A stretch of 32,726 nucleotides of DNA, taken from assembly GCF_001194135.2 (NCBI RefSeq), contig NC_068995.1, forward strand, positions 18,969,445 through 19,002,170. Reading direction: 5' to 3'. Shown piece by piece: positions 11,713-22,173 of this stretch. How positions within the stretch are numbered: position 1 is the first letter of the stretch; the number at the start of each line of letters is the position of its first letter. Made by a program: the position numbers and the translations under genes. Source of the stretch: Octopus bimaculoides (taxonomy: Eukaryota). Below the pieces are notes generated by a model. The model worked only from the letters and a program-made list of their open reading frames with translations. It ran no database searches and was not told the origin of the DNA.

Positions 11713-14700
11713 ATATATAGGTAGATAGATATATAGATAGATAGATAGATGTTTGTATAAACATACCTCACAGAAGACCAGAATTTGAAACTTTCAGCAT
11801 GCCAAAAATCTACTATGCGAGAGTATTACTCCTGAAGACTTGAAGAAAGTAATGTTGAAATAAGCAAAGCTTCTCTTGCGCTTGTGACCTGTATATCATC
11901 AAATCACGCTTTGAAGGGTATACATTTGCACTCTAAGAACAGAAGATTGCTACTAAATAACTTATAAATAAAAAGAAGATAGTGACCTCCTTGTTGTTCC
12001 AAGGTGCAACTGAAAATTTAGGTATGTCACATTTATGTGATAGGCATCGCACTTTTGATTAGCTGCTGTCCAGAAATGTCATCAAATTACTACCTACCTA
12101 CGTTCTCGCAAAAGCAATTTACAATGCCACTCGAAAAAAGAAAACTGTCCTGGAATAAATTTTGAGAATCTCCTTCTTATTGAATATGTAAACAAACATT
12201 AATACAAGGACTACTAGTGGAATGTTCCCATCAAAATCTCTGTCGAAGTCTAAGTACAACAGATCGGAAATTATTGAATGGGATAGACGAGAAAGATATG
12301 TACCACCATAGGTGCCAGCTGCCCTCTTGATGCAAATAGCTCTTTGTAAATCAAAATGAAACAGGATAGCTATGGACAACTGCATCAAAACCAGTAGCAT
12401 CTATATCCAGATCACCATTGTGCGTTAATACCAATAATTATTGGTGAGTTTGCTTGTGTGAATAAATACCTAAATGGCTCTTTGGATAATCTCGGATTTT
12501 CAGAAAAAATGCTCAACTATCTCACACATTACGAATACTATCTGTAAGTGGAACAATAAAAATATGCAAAGCTTTTGGAAATAACTTCTCGTTGAAAGAA
12601 TTATAGGCAGGAATAATTTCGAGCATCGGAATTTAGTTTCATAAGAATTATTTATATGTACTTAGGTTTTCATTTCAATTTTCATCACTAGCGTTCCTGA
12701 ACTCATTATTGTATTAACACTTAAAACCTGTTGAGCTCCGTCTGCAAAATGAAAATGTCGGCGAACAGCATGTTACATAGGACTTTGTGTTAGCGCGAAA
12801 TAGGTCATGAGGGATCTAGTGAACGGTTTGTTAAAACGCCGGATTCGAAAGTTATTCAATGATTATTCCCAAATATTAATCCTGTTAAACTTCGCATAGA
12901 TTGTTGCTTAGTTCCTATAGATTTTCTTTGTTTATTTCTATCAAATTTTGCTGCATGTACTGTATTTTGTTGTTAATACAAGGTCAAACGAAAGGAGAAT
13001 TTTGGAACGCAAGACCAACGTAACAATTTGTTCAAACTTAGCTTCCGTCGTAATTACGTCAGAGTATACATATTTTCCGAACTCTACCAAACACAATGAT
13101 ACACATAAGCGAATACAGACAAGGAATGAAATGTGTGAGTGTTTCCAAGCGTTTGTGAATCTTTCTGATTTCATGAGTTCATGTGCGATATTTCGTACAA
13201 AAATATTTGGATTTGAAGCAGACGTGCATACTCGAAGGTAACTACAACAAATTAATTATCGGTAAGAAATATGTTTGTTTTTTCGACGTGATTTATTTCT
13301 GTAAAGACCTACTTTCCATATCTCTACAGATCTAAACATCAGCTATAAATCCCTGTTATGACAAGCATGTGTTCGCCTCAAAATTTTTAATTGCAGACAC
13401 GTAATGACGCAGTAATGAATATCGAGTGAAAGCAATAATTTTTAATTGCAGCATTAAAACAATGAAGATTTAATTTAAAATTTTGAAAACATAATGTTAT
13501 GTGTATCCTCTTGAGTGTGACAGAAAAATATTACAGAGATTAAAAGTAAATAAGGTCTAGAAAAATAGACGTACAACAATTTGGCTTTTCATTCACTTAA
13601 AGCTCGTATTGCGATTAAACAAGCTGAGTGATGGTATAAAATATTTTTGGTCTGGTTGAATATTTTCCAAAGATCTGACAATAAAATTTGATACTCGCTC
13701 TTGGAGAATACATACGAAATTTCAGATTAGAATCATCCAGTTATCAAGCCGGAACTCACATCATACTTCTTCAAATTTACAGCAGCAACTTCAAGTGAAG
13801 TTGAAAATGGTTTGGACACAAAATTGACCGAATGGGATATCCTTTTACTATCAGTCCTCGCAATTGCGTCTACAATTGTACTTGATTTGCTGTAGCCCAT
13901 AATTTGAGAAGAATGACATGCTTTTTCTTAATGAAAAAATTATGCACGACGACTTTTTATATTATCCCTATTAACAACCAACTCTGTCCTGCGCACGATA
14001 CAAATATGCACTGCTTATAGAATAAATTTCGGGCTGAAATCACATCGAGACAGTAGCACTGTGGCGGGAAGAATATTAAGAAATTTAACCTGAATGACTT
14101 TCTGAAGATAAAATTCAGACTGTTCATAAAGCTAACTAGAATTTATTTTACAAAGCTATTACGTTGTCAATAATATTTAGTGCAGCGAGTACTGCTTGGG
14201 TTCGGATTTGGTTTGCATTTAACTATGATTTCTAGAGATGACCTGCGGAAAGATATATCTTAATCAAGGCCACCAAAATTCTTTATCCAGCAATCTCTGT
14301 AGATGTCATCTGAGATTTAGCACAGGGCTGAGAATACTGAACTAGGGCATGAAAGGTATGTTATAGTGTTTATTGGGAGTGTCCTTTAGAATGTTTAGAA
14401 TGCTAATCCTGCTTCGATTCTAAGAAAATGTGACCACAACTTTGAGCCGTGGAGCATGCAATGGTACACACACAGAGACCTATATATGTATGAAGAGAAA
14501 CTCTGCTGAATAAATGTTACTGTGGCAATAAACAATAAGAGAAACAGTAAGAAAAGCAATAGCAACTAAAAGACAAAAAAAAACAAGAACGTCAACAAGA
14601 ATAGCGAATATATTATGAAAACAAACGAAACAACAACACTGACAACAACCGCAACAAGTAACCATTTCGTACTCGTGAAGTCTTTATTGTATATAATTGC

Positions 14701-15305
14701 TAATATTTTGTCATATAGTTTAGGATTCTCGTGTCATGAAAGTTGAATGTATCTATACTGTGGTTTGAAACTAAATTATTCACGTAATCAGACGCATTAG
14801 AGTCAGAGCTCTTTCTAATACACTACAATAAATATAAAGTTAACTGTGCATCATCAGTGTCTGCGTTAATTTACTTTCTCGCATAATAAATGTATTTGTT
14901 ACGTTCTTGCTTAATAAGACCTCTGAAGTAAAACTGACGTCTGTGTTTTAATAAGATCTGTATATTAAAATTTACATACACGCTGAATATGTAAAAGTAA
15001 AGACGGAGAGACTTAATCTGATAATATACGATAGATGTTGTGTGTTCATTATCTTTAATTCATTGCATTTTATAATGATTTCAGTTTTCCCTATGATTTA
15101 CTGATGTAATAGTAAGCGCAGAAACATTGATACTAATAGTAACACCAATAGTAGAGTTGTTATGAGAAAAATTAGAGGTTATAGTACAAGAGACTTTCCA
15201 TATTATTAGCGTTAATACTAATTACATTAGGAGAATTGTATGTATTATATCTGTGCAAAGAGCTGAGGAACATGCAATTGTATCAATAGTAGTAACAGTA
15301 GGAAT

Positions 15306-15465
15306 GCGGTGAGAAAGCAGAATCGTTACCGCGCCGCGAAAAATGTATAACAGCATTTCGTCCGTCTTAACTTTCTAAGATAAAATTCCACCGAAGTAGA
15401 CTTTGCTATTTATCCTTTCGGATCGATAAAATAAGTGCCATTTGGGCTTTGGGGCTTATATTATC
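15306..15465 (+). mobile_element. SINE family A, 3'-decayed copy
   Basis: gcagaatcgttacc head, aaattccaccgaagtagactttgc and cctttcggatcgataaaataagtgcca blocks shared with 10628-10838. Confidence 0.8.
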
Positions 15466-15489
15466 AAATTATACTCCAGTACGAACTTG

Positions 15490-15703
15490 CTGGCTCTGTA
15501 CCAAAATGTCACACCTAGTAAAATGCGTAGCGACAAATTCGTCCGTCTTTACCTTCTGAGTTCAAATATTGCCGATGTCGACTTTACCACTCATCATTTC
15601 ATGATCGAGAAAGAAAGTACCAGTTGAGCCCGGTTTCCGATGTAATGGATTTCCTCCCTCCGCTGACCTTGTTGCTCTAGTGCCAAAATTTGAAATCAAT
15701 ATT
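15490..15703 (+). mobile_element. SINE family A copy
   Basis: ctgagttcaaat B-box, gtcgacttt, aagtaccagttgag and a tail ending gccaaaatttgaaatcaatatt. Confidence 0.8.
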
Positions 15704-15849
15704 AATAACAGTATAGTAATTAATTGGAAGCAAGTATAAAATGACGACAAAATGCTTCGGAAAGTTTTGTTTCATACTGATCCATGGCAAACACATATCC
15801 AGCTAGGATACATATTACCTCCATATATATGATTCTAATAAAATAGTTA

Positions 15850-16020
15850 TTATTGAAAGAAGGCCTAAGGATTTAGAAAACGGAGATAGTCGATTACATC
15901 ACTCCCACTGCTCAGTTGGCACTTATTTCAACGACACCTAAATGGAATTTGATCTCAGAACGAAAAGACTGATGAAATGAAGCGAAATCCTCTGCGCAGC
16001 CTGTTAACGATTTTACAAAC
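15850..16020 (-). mobile_element. SINE family A, internally deleted, reverse orientation
   Basis: gtcgattacatc, ggcacttattt and ggaatttgatctcagaacg are reverse complements of family A blocks. Confidence 0.7.
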
Positions 16021-16338
16021 TAGTTACTTTGTAGTTCATTAATTTATGGGGCTATTAATGGCGTGGTCGAACAAATGTCCTGTGTCAGCGGACCATAGAA
16101 ATCTATCTGCGAAACTCCTTTCATGACTTTTCTTGTCACAGGACAAACCTGATGTGGAAAGTCAAAGGTTGTCCAAGTGCAGTCGCCCCATAAATTTTCA
16201 TATGCTGATATATAGATACATTCTTATATGTGGATATATTCTCTGCGCGCGCGTGCGTGTTTGTGTAGAATGAAACTGGTACTGGATCGAGGATCTTAGT
16301 TGATCAGATCAAGACCGTGTTGGAAGCTGTTAATAGTG

Positions 16339-16540
16339 AATTCAAATTTTGGTACAGTCCTGCAATTTCAGGTGAAGACCTTAGACGATTACATTTACAC
16401 TTTATTGGTACTTGCTTTATCGAGATTTCAAGGATCAAATTCAGAGTTGGCCTCGGCGGAGTTTGAACTCAGAATGTAAAGATGGAGCAGATGCCAAGCA
16501 TTTTGCTCCGAGTGCTAACGATTCTGCAAGCTCACCACCT
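16339..16540 (-). mobile_element. SINE family A, reverse orientation
   Basis: ggcggagtttgaactcagaatgtaaaga and gctaacgattctgcaagctcacc are reverse complements of the B-box and head. Confidence 0.85.
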
Positions 16541-16553
16541 TAGGTAAAACTAT

Positions 16554-16756
16554 AATATTGATTTTAAAATTTTCGCATAATGCCAACATATTCGGGGCTG
16601 GGAGATTCTCGAGGACATCGTCTCGTGCATTCAACTGGTACTTATTTTATCGACATAGGATGGATGAAACGCAGAATTAGAACCCAGAACGTTAAGATAA
16701 GTGAAAGGCCGCTAAGCAATTCGGCCGGTGTGCTAATGACTCTGCCAGTTCATCGC
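16554..16756 (-). mobile_element. SINE family A, reverse orientation
   Basis: aatattgattttaaaatttt tail, caactggtacttattttatcgac core and gctaatgactctgccagttcatcgc head. Confidence 0.85.
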
Positions 16757-17983
16757 ATTATGCAAAACAGTTATTTTCACGTGCATAATAATGTGGTTAT
16801 TCATAACTTAATTTACAATCAAATTCAGTAAAATGCAGTGTAGTTTTTTTCTGGGGCTTTTAATTTGAAGTACATTTAGGGAAACAAATATCTACTGAGT
16901 TGCGTCAACTTAGTTTCAGTTAGAAACATAGAATGGATGCGACTAACGAAAGAGTTTCGACAATGCTTTTGAGTTAAAGGATTGAAACTATGATCTCAAG
17001 ACTTCGAAGCGAAATTGTAAATCACTCAACAACATATATGGTTTAGTAAGAATATTTCGATAAGGGCGTTGCGGAGAAACTATGCAAACCTAGATAATTC
17101 ATTTTACGATAGTAACATCTTGATCCATTTTGCAGAAAGAATAATATAGTTGTTGGTGTGATCTATAATGTTTCTTAATGTTCTATCTTCAGTTATGTAA
17201 CATATTAGATCTATGACACTTCACAATCTCAGGTGAAAATACAGAGGAAAAATGAAGAACTAGAGAAAAACAAAAGAAAAATCAAAAAAGAAAACAAGGC
17301 AAGATTTATCACTACAGGCTTAAATCTTATGTAATCTCTCTCTTATCTCATGTTACTTCTATGAAACAAATAGCTTCAGTGTCAAAAGTAGATGTTTATA
17401 CGTAAATTTCCTTACCGAAACTTTACCTAACAATCGGGAGTACAAGATGATTTTACTTTCATTATTTAGACTTAAAAGGAATCATTATTTGCCATTACAT
17501 AACGCAACGCCGAAGTTTTGGTAAAAGTCCTTGTTTTAACTGAAGTATTAACTGCATCCAATAACTCAAAGTATATGTTCTATAAAACAATGCACAGTTC
17601 TGCTTTGATGATGAATTGCAAATATTGTACTAGGATAATGTGTGTATACGACTGTATTCATGTATGTGTGTGTATATGCATGCATACGTGCATACATACA
17701 TACATACATACATATATAAATACATAAATACACACACACAGATATGCTTGTATTAAGAAGTGAACACGGACATATGTGTGTGAATGATTCTGTACACGTG
17801 TACGAGGAGGGAGAGAAGAGAATGTGAAGAAAAAAGACTTTAGGCACACATGTACCCAGGCAGCACAATCGCAATCCATCACTCAGAGTGCGTAACATAT
17901 CAGCATGAAGCCGGTGCCATGTTTACACATCCAAGTAAATTAAAGAAACGAGAAGGCAGTCTATCTATCTATATATTTATCTA

Positions 17984-17998
17984 TCTCTCCCCTCTCTC

Positions 17999-18045
<47 letters not shown>

Positions 18046-18304
18046 NNNNNNNNNNNNNNNNNNNNNNNNNNNNNNNNNNNNNNNNNNNNNNNNNNNNNNN
18101 NNNNNNNNNNNNNNNNNNNNNNNNNNNNNNNNNNNNNNNNNNNNNNNNNNNNNNNNNNNNNNNNNNNNNNNNNNNNNNNNNNNNNNNNNNNNNNNNNNNN
18201 NNNNNNNNNNNNNNNNNNNNNNNNNNNNNNNNNNNNNNNNNNNNNNNNNNNNNNNNNNNNNNNNNNNNNNNNNNGTGTGTGTGTGTGTGTGTGTGTGGGT
18301 GTGT
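17984..18304. repeat. (CT)n, gap 18046-18274, then (GT)n
   Basis: Direct tandems flanking an N run. Confidence 0.95.
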
Positions 18305-18334
18305 CTAGAAGGTTGAAATGGAACACGCCAGTTG

Positions 18335-18592
18335 ATATATAGGGAAAAAGAAGTCAAGGTAGAAAATGCTAAAATAATTTTATAAAAAACATTTCAGTAC
18401 CGGTTTCAGCCATTGAGACTTTTTCAACCGTAAGTATGGAAAATAATTAAATTTTGGAAAAATTAAAAGAAAAGTATTTTTTAAAGAATATTTGCATAGT
18501 ATTCAAATACAAGGGGCATTTTCCTTGTTTTTGCCTGTCTCTGTCTCTATTGTTTACTCTTGTGGGTTCGAGGTCGTTGTGAATTATTGGCA
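18335..18592 (-). mobile_element. Probable Penelope-like element terminal (pLTR) fragment
   Basis: Inferred mainly from the embedded minimal type I hammerhead, which is typical of Penelope-like pLTRs. No RT or GIY-YIG coding sequence is recognisable, and the boundaries are approximate. Confidence 0.4.
18395..18430 (-). ncRNA. Minimal type I hammerhead ribozyme motif (U3:A8 core variant)
   Basis: The minus strand reads CGG-UUGAAAA-AGUC-UCAAU-GGCU-GAAA-CCGG-UA-CUG. Stem I is CGG/CUG, stem II is AGUC/GGCU, and stem III is the palindrome ACCGGU. The predicted GUA cleavage falls between 18398 and 18397. Confidence 0.65.
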
Positions 18593-19306
18593 GGGAAGAA
18601 GAAGGAGAAGAAGAATGAGGAGGAGGAGAAGGAGGAGAAGGAGGAGAAGGAGGGGGAGTAGGAGAAGAAGGAGGAGGAGGCGAAGAATAAGAATACGGGA
18701 GTGCCATGAGATTAGTAGGCTGTTGAATGGCCAAGTGCCCTGAAAGTGACTTGTTGTGGATGGTAGTAGTGATAAAATTGTTGAGGCATCCCTTTTGAAT
18801 GCATTCTTTATAAAATGTGCGTAGGTGTTATTCTAAACTGCAATAGTGGTAAAGTTAAGAAGGAGGTAGCGGAGAGGAAGATGACGAAGATGAAGAAGAC
18901 GAAGATGAAGAAGGAGTAAGAGAAGGGCGAATGAGAAGGGAGATGGTCAAGTGACCTAAAAGTGATCACTTTCAGGTCACTTGAACATTTAACACCCTAC
19001 TACAATCATACCACCTACATTCCTTTCTTATTCTCCCTTCTCTTTCTCCTCCTTCTGATTTGTCTTCTTCCTCTCCGCCACCTCCTTCCTAACTTTACCA
19101 CTATTACTGTTTAGAATAACACCTACGCAAATATTATAAAAAATGCATTCAAAAGAGATATCTCAAGGATTCAGTCACTACTACCATCCACAAGTCATTT
19201 TCAGGGCACTTGACCATTTAACATCCTACTACTCTCATGGCACTCCCGTATTCTTATTCTTCACCTCCTCCTTCTCCTCATCCTTCTTCTTCCTCTTCTT
19301 CTTCTC
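18593..19306. repeat. Long fold-back inverted repeat, apex at 18965/18966 (gtga|tcac)
   Basis: 18682-18749 matches the reverse complement of 19195-19262 at 63 of 68 nt. 18943-18965 matches the reverse complement of 18966-18988 at 21 of 23 nt, with no spacer. The intervening blocks and outer GA/TC tracts also mirror each other. Confidence 0.93.
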
Positions 19307-19339
19307 AAAAACATAGAATAGTATATAAGCATGTATCTT

Positions 19340-19545
19340 TGTGACTATGTTTGTCCACCATCACCACTCGACTGTGTTTACGTCCCCATAACTTAACGTT
19401 TCGGCAAATAGACACCAATAGAATAAGTACTAGGCTTTAGAAAAGAAATAAGCACTGGGGGTCGGTTCATTCTACTAAAAACCTTTCAAGATAGTGCTCC
19501 AGAATGTCCGCAGTGAAAGAAGTAAAATAATAAAAGGATACAAGA
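19340..19545 (+). mobile_element. 3' portion of a SINE (octopus-like tail)
   Basis: gtgtttacgtccccataactta, gaataagtactaggc, ctgggggtcggttcatt, gtgctccagaatgtccgcagt and a taaaataataaaag tail. Recognised from memory of octopus repeats. Confidence 0.65.
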
Positions 19546-20137
19546 ATTCTTGGGGATGGTTATCTTTTGCCAATTAAATATACGCATTATTTATATGATT
19601 TTTCGCTTCAGTTTATATTCGGATTATTTTTAGTTTGCACATCTGTCAAAGTTCGTTTATCACACGTTCTGTGGCCTCAGGGTGACACTTTGTCCCATGT
19701 GTCTCCTCTTGCCCTACTTAATACATTATGTCCTTCTATGGTAGGTATCTTTATCTGCGCATGCGTTTCCGATAATATGGGCTTGTGTGTTTCTATGTGT
19801 CTCTGAATATATTGATAATATGAAGATAAAGATAACAAGGAAAGAAATATAGGATTGTGATGAATATTGTGGCACGATTGAGTTAATGCTGGAGTATATC
19901 TGGATGTGTTTTGAAATGGCCTGTATAAGAAAGGTGAATTAGAGTTCACAGAGACATCAACATTAGTGTGGCTGAAGTGTTGTCAGATGTGTGTACATAT
20001 GGGTAGCTTCGTGTATATGTATCTGCCTACATACATAGGTATGCATGTGTGTAGGGGCTTTAACAGACATGACTCTTACCAAATTTAACGTTATATATAC
20101 ATATGTGTGTATGTATATTCGAGTGTTTGTGTGTATA

Positions 20138-20940
20138 TACGATGGGCTACCCGAAAGAAATCATAATTTTGTAATTATTATTTTATTCACTTAGGTTTAC
20201 AGGTTAGCACATTTTTCGCTTTGAAAGGATTCTCAGTTTGAAGCAATACATCGGTCCAGGTGCGTTTTCCAGTATTCCAAACAGTGCTGGAACTCTGGAA
20301 GTGATGACTTTTAAAGCCCTCGACAATTTTTCTTCACCTCTTCTACATCTGCAATTTCCGTAGCACCAGCTATTGTCACCAGTGATGACCTTCGGAAAAA
20401 GGTCCGGATCACTATCCAACAGTACTTTCAGTTTGCGAGACGCATTCTGTGGAGACTACTTCTGGTTTTCTTTGAGCAAGCGAGGCACAGAATTTACTGC
20501 AACTCTTTTCATTCGCAATTCCTAGCTCAGAATTCGCTGGCAGGATTCCCATACCAGTCATATCAACAAGTTTGTCAATTGTTTGGTGACGGTCTTCCAG
20601 TTTTAGTTCATGAATTTTCATATTTTCATTCGTTCTGGAGGTCGACAGACGTCCTGAACGAGGTCGGTCTTCAAGCGACCACTCGTAAACATGTATTTTG
20701 TTCATGACAGAGTCCTTGTATGATGTTTGAACCATGGCAACTCTTTCGCTCGCCGTTTCCCCGTAAGAACAGAGCATTTCACGGAAGCACGCTGTTCCTT
20801 CATTCCAGCTATCACGAAAATCACCGAAGATGGAAGAAGCACTGCAAAAGAATGACTCACAACGTAGCAGTTTCACTGAGAGTAAACAATTGGTCATGCG
20901 TTGGTGTATAGCATAAGTTATACTCTCTTCTAAGGATAGC
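20138..20940 (-). mobile_element. Decayed, internally deleted mariner-type transposon
   Basis: Across frameshifts the minus strand gives ETASERVAMVQTSYKDSVMNKIHVYEW, SLEDRPRSGRLSTSRTNEN, ELRMKRVAVNSVPRLL and DPDLFPKVITGDNSWCYG (the HTH region and first catalytic D motif, ITGDE-W). TA followed by TIR-like tacgatgggctacccgaaag starts at 20136. The right boundary is uncertain. Confidence 0.9.
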
Positions 20941-21442
20941 AATGTTACTCACTTCCAAGGATAGAAATGCTACTCTCTTTATTTTGACAACCAATAAAGA
21001 GCGTTTATATAATCACAGCGCATACATGAAATAGCAGGCAGATTTATCTAAAATCGTATTTTTCCACCCTACAGAGACACAGGATATTTCCACTTGGAAT
21101 ATCTCAGGTTAATCGGATGATTCGGGGCATAACGAAAAAAAAAAAAATACACAGCAAACCTCTTCAAATTTCAATAGCTATGTGAATAAGTAATTAGCTA
21201 TATGCTTGAATACACGTTTACTTTTTTGGTATTCTTTAGTATTATGTAACTATGTGGTACTGTTCACGTTTCCTTTCCACTTATGTGTTAATCTGGGCCG
21301 ATTTACAGAGATTATGTGTATAAATACTCGTGACCGTAATATGTCAAGAGACATTATATTCATGTGACGATAGTGTAATCCAAACAGTATCACTTCATCT
21401 GTACAGAATGCTCCTCGATTATATATGAAGTTTATTTTGTAG

Positions 21443-21729
21443 CATACCAACCAATTAATAGATTTGCAATCGAATACTCAGAAAAACACAACACAGAGCC
21501 AGGTATTAATGTTGTTTACAAGCCATTACTAGATGGATACATTTCTACGAGCTTCTGTGATGGATTCGGTCTACAAATTTCACACGGCTCTTTTGACAAG
21601 ACTACACATAATGGAACTGATCCCGAGTCAATGTTACTGCAAGGCCAAATTCTTGACCATGAAACAATGTTTGCATTATATTCGAGGCGAGAATATTTAC
21701 TGAGTATTGAAGAATCGATATGGAAGAAG
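21443..21729 (+). CDS. Candidate internal coding exon of an unidentified gene
   Basis: Acceptor tttattttgtag| at 21442 and donor AAG|gtaagc at 21729. The 287 nt lie inside a 130-codon stop-free frame (21379-21768). Translation: xYQPINRFAIEYSEKHNTEPGINVVYKPLLDGYISTSFCDGFGLQISHGSFDKTTHNGTDPESMLLQGQILDHETMFALYSRREYLLSIEESIWKK. I do not recognise the family. Confidence 0.45.
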
Positions 21730-22061
21730 GTAAGCGAAACTGCGATACATGTTTCAAAATCCATTAGGTAAATTTATTGCAAATTCTAAAAATTAGCATT
21801 AACGGTTCCAATGAGATATGCAATGGTTTTATATACATATGAAGTGCGAGAGATAATGTTGGATATAGAAAATGAGAGAATGGAGCTTAGAAGGAAATAA
21901 TGTATAAAATAGAAAACTGAGTGGAGGAGGTGGCATATATAATGACGCAGGTGAACACGCTACTGTATTCGAATTGGTATGTGCAGGCATATATGTCTGT
22001 TGTGTGTACGTATGTGTATATATACGTATGTGTGAATGTGTTTCTGTGTATGCATATATAC

Positions 22062-22062
<1 letters not shown>

Positions 22063-22094
<32 letters not shown>

Positions 22095-22135
22095 GAGAGT
22101 GGGGAAGAGGGATATTTACTTCTCTCTCTCTCTGT

Positions 22136-22170
<35 letters not shown>
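22063..22170. repeat. (AG)n and (TA)n microsatellites
   Basis: Direct tandems. Confidence 0.9.

Positions 22171-22173
<3 letters not shown>

Noticed and set aside
12948-13241. 97-codon ORF ending at an AG|gtaact donor
   Set aside because: No recognisable motif. By rough estimate, a few stop-free runs of this length are expected by chance in an AT-rich 32-kb six-frame scan.
15966-15995. Hammerhead-like ctgatga...gaaa...tc on the plus strand
   Set aside because: There is no stem II pairing, and the sequence is the reverse complement of a SINE head.
17231-17330. Lys/Glu-rich open frame after an acceptor-like tctcag (VKIQRKNEELEKNKRK...)
   Set aside because: A-rich low-complexity sequence readily gives such frames, and the phase does not fit the 21443 exon directly.
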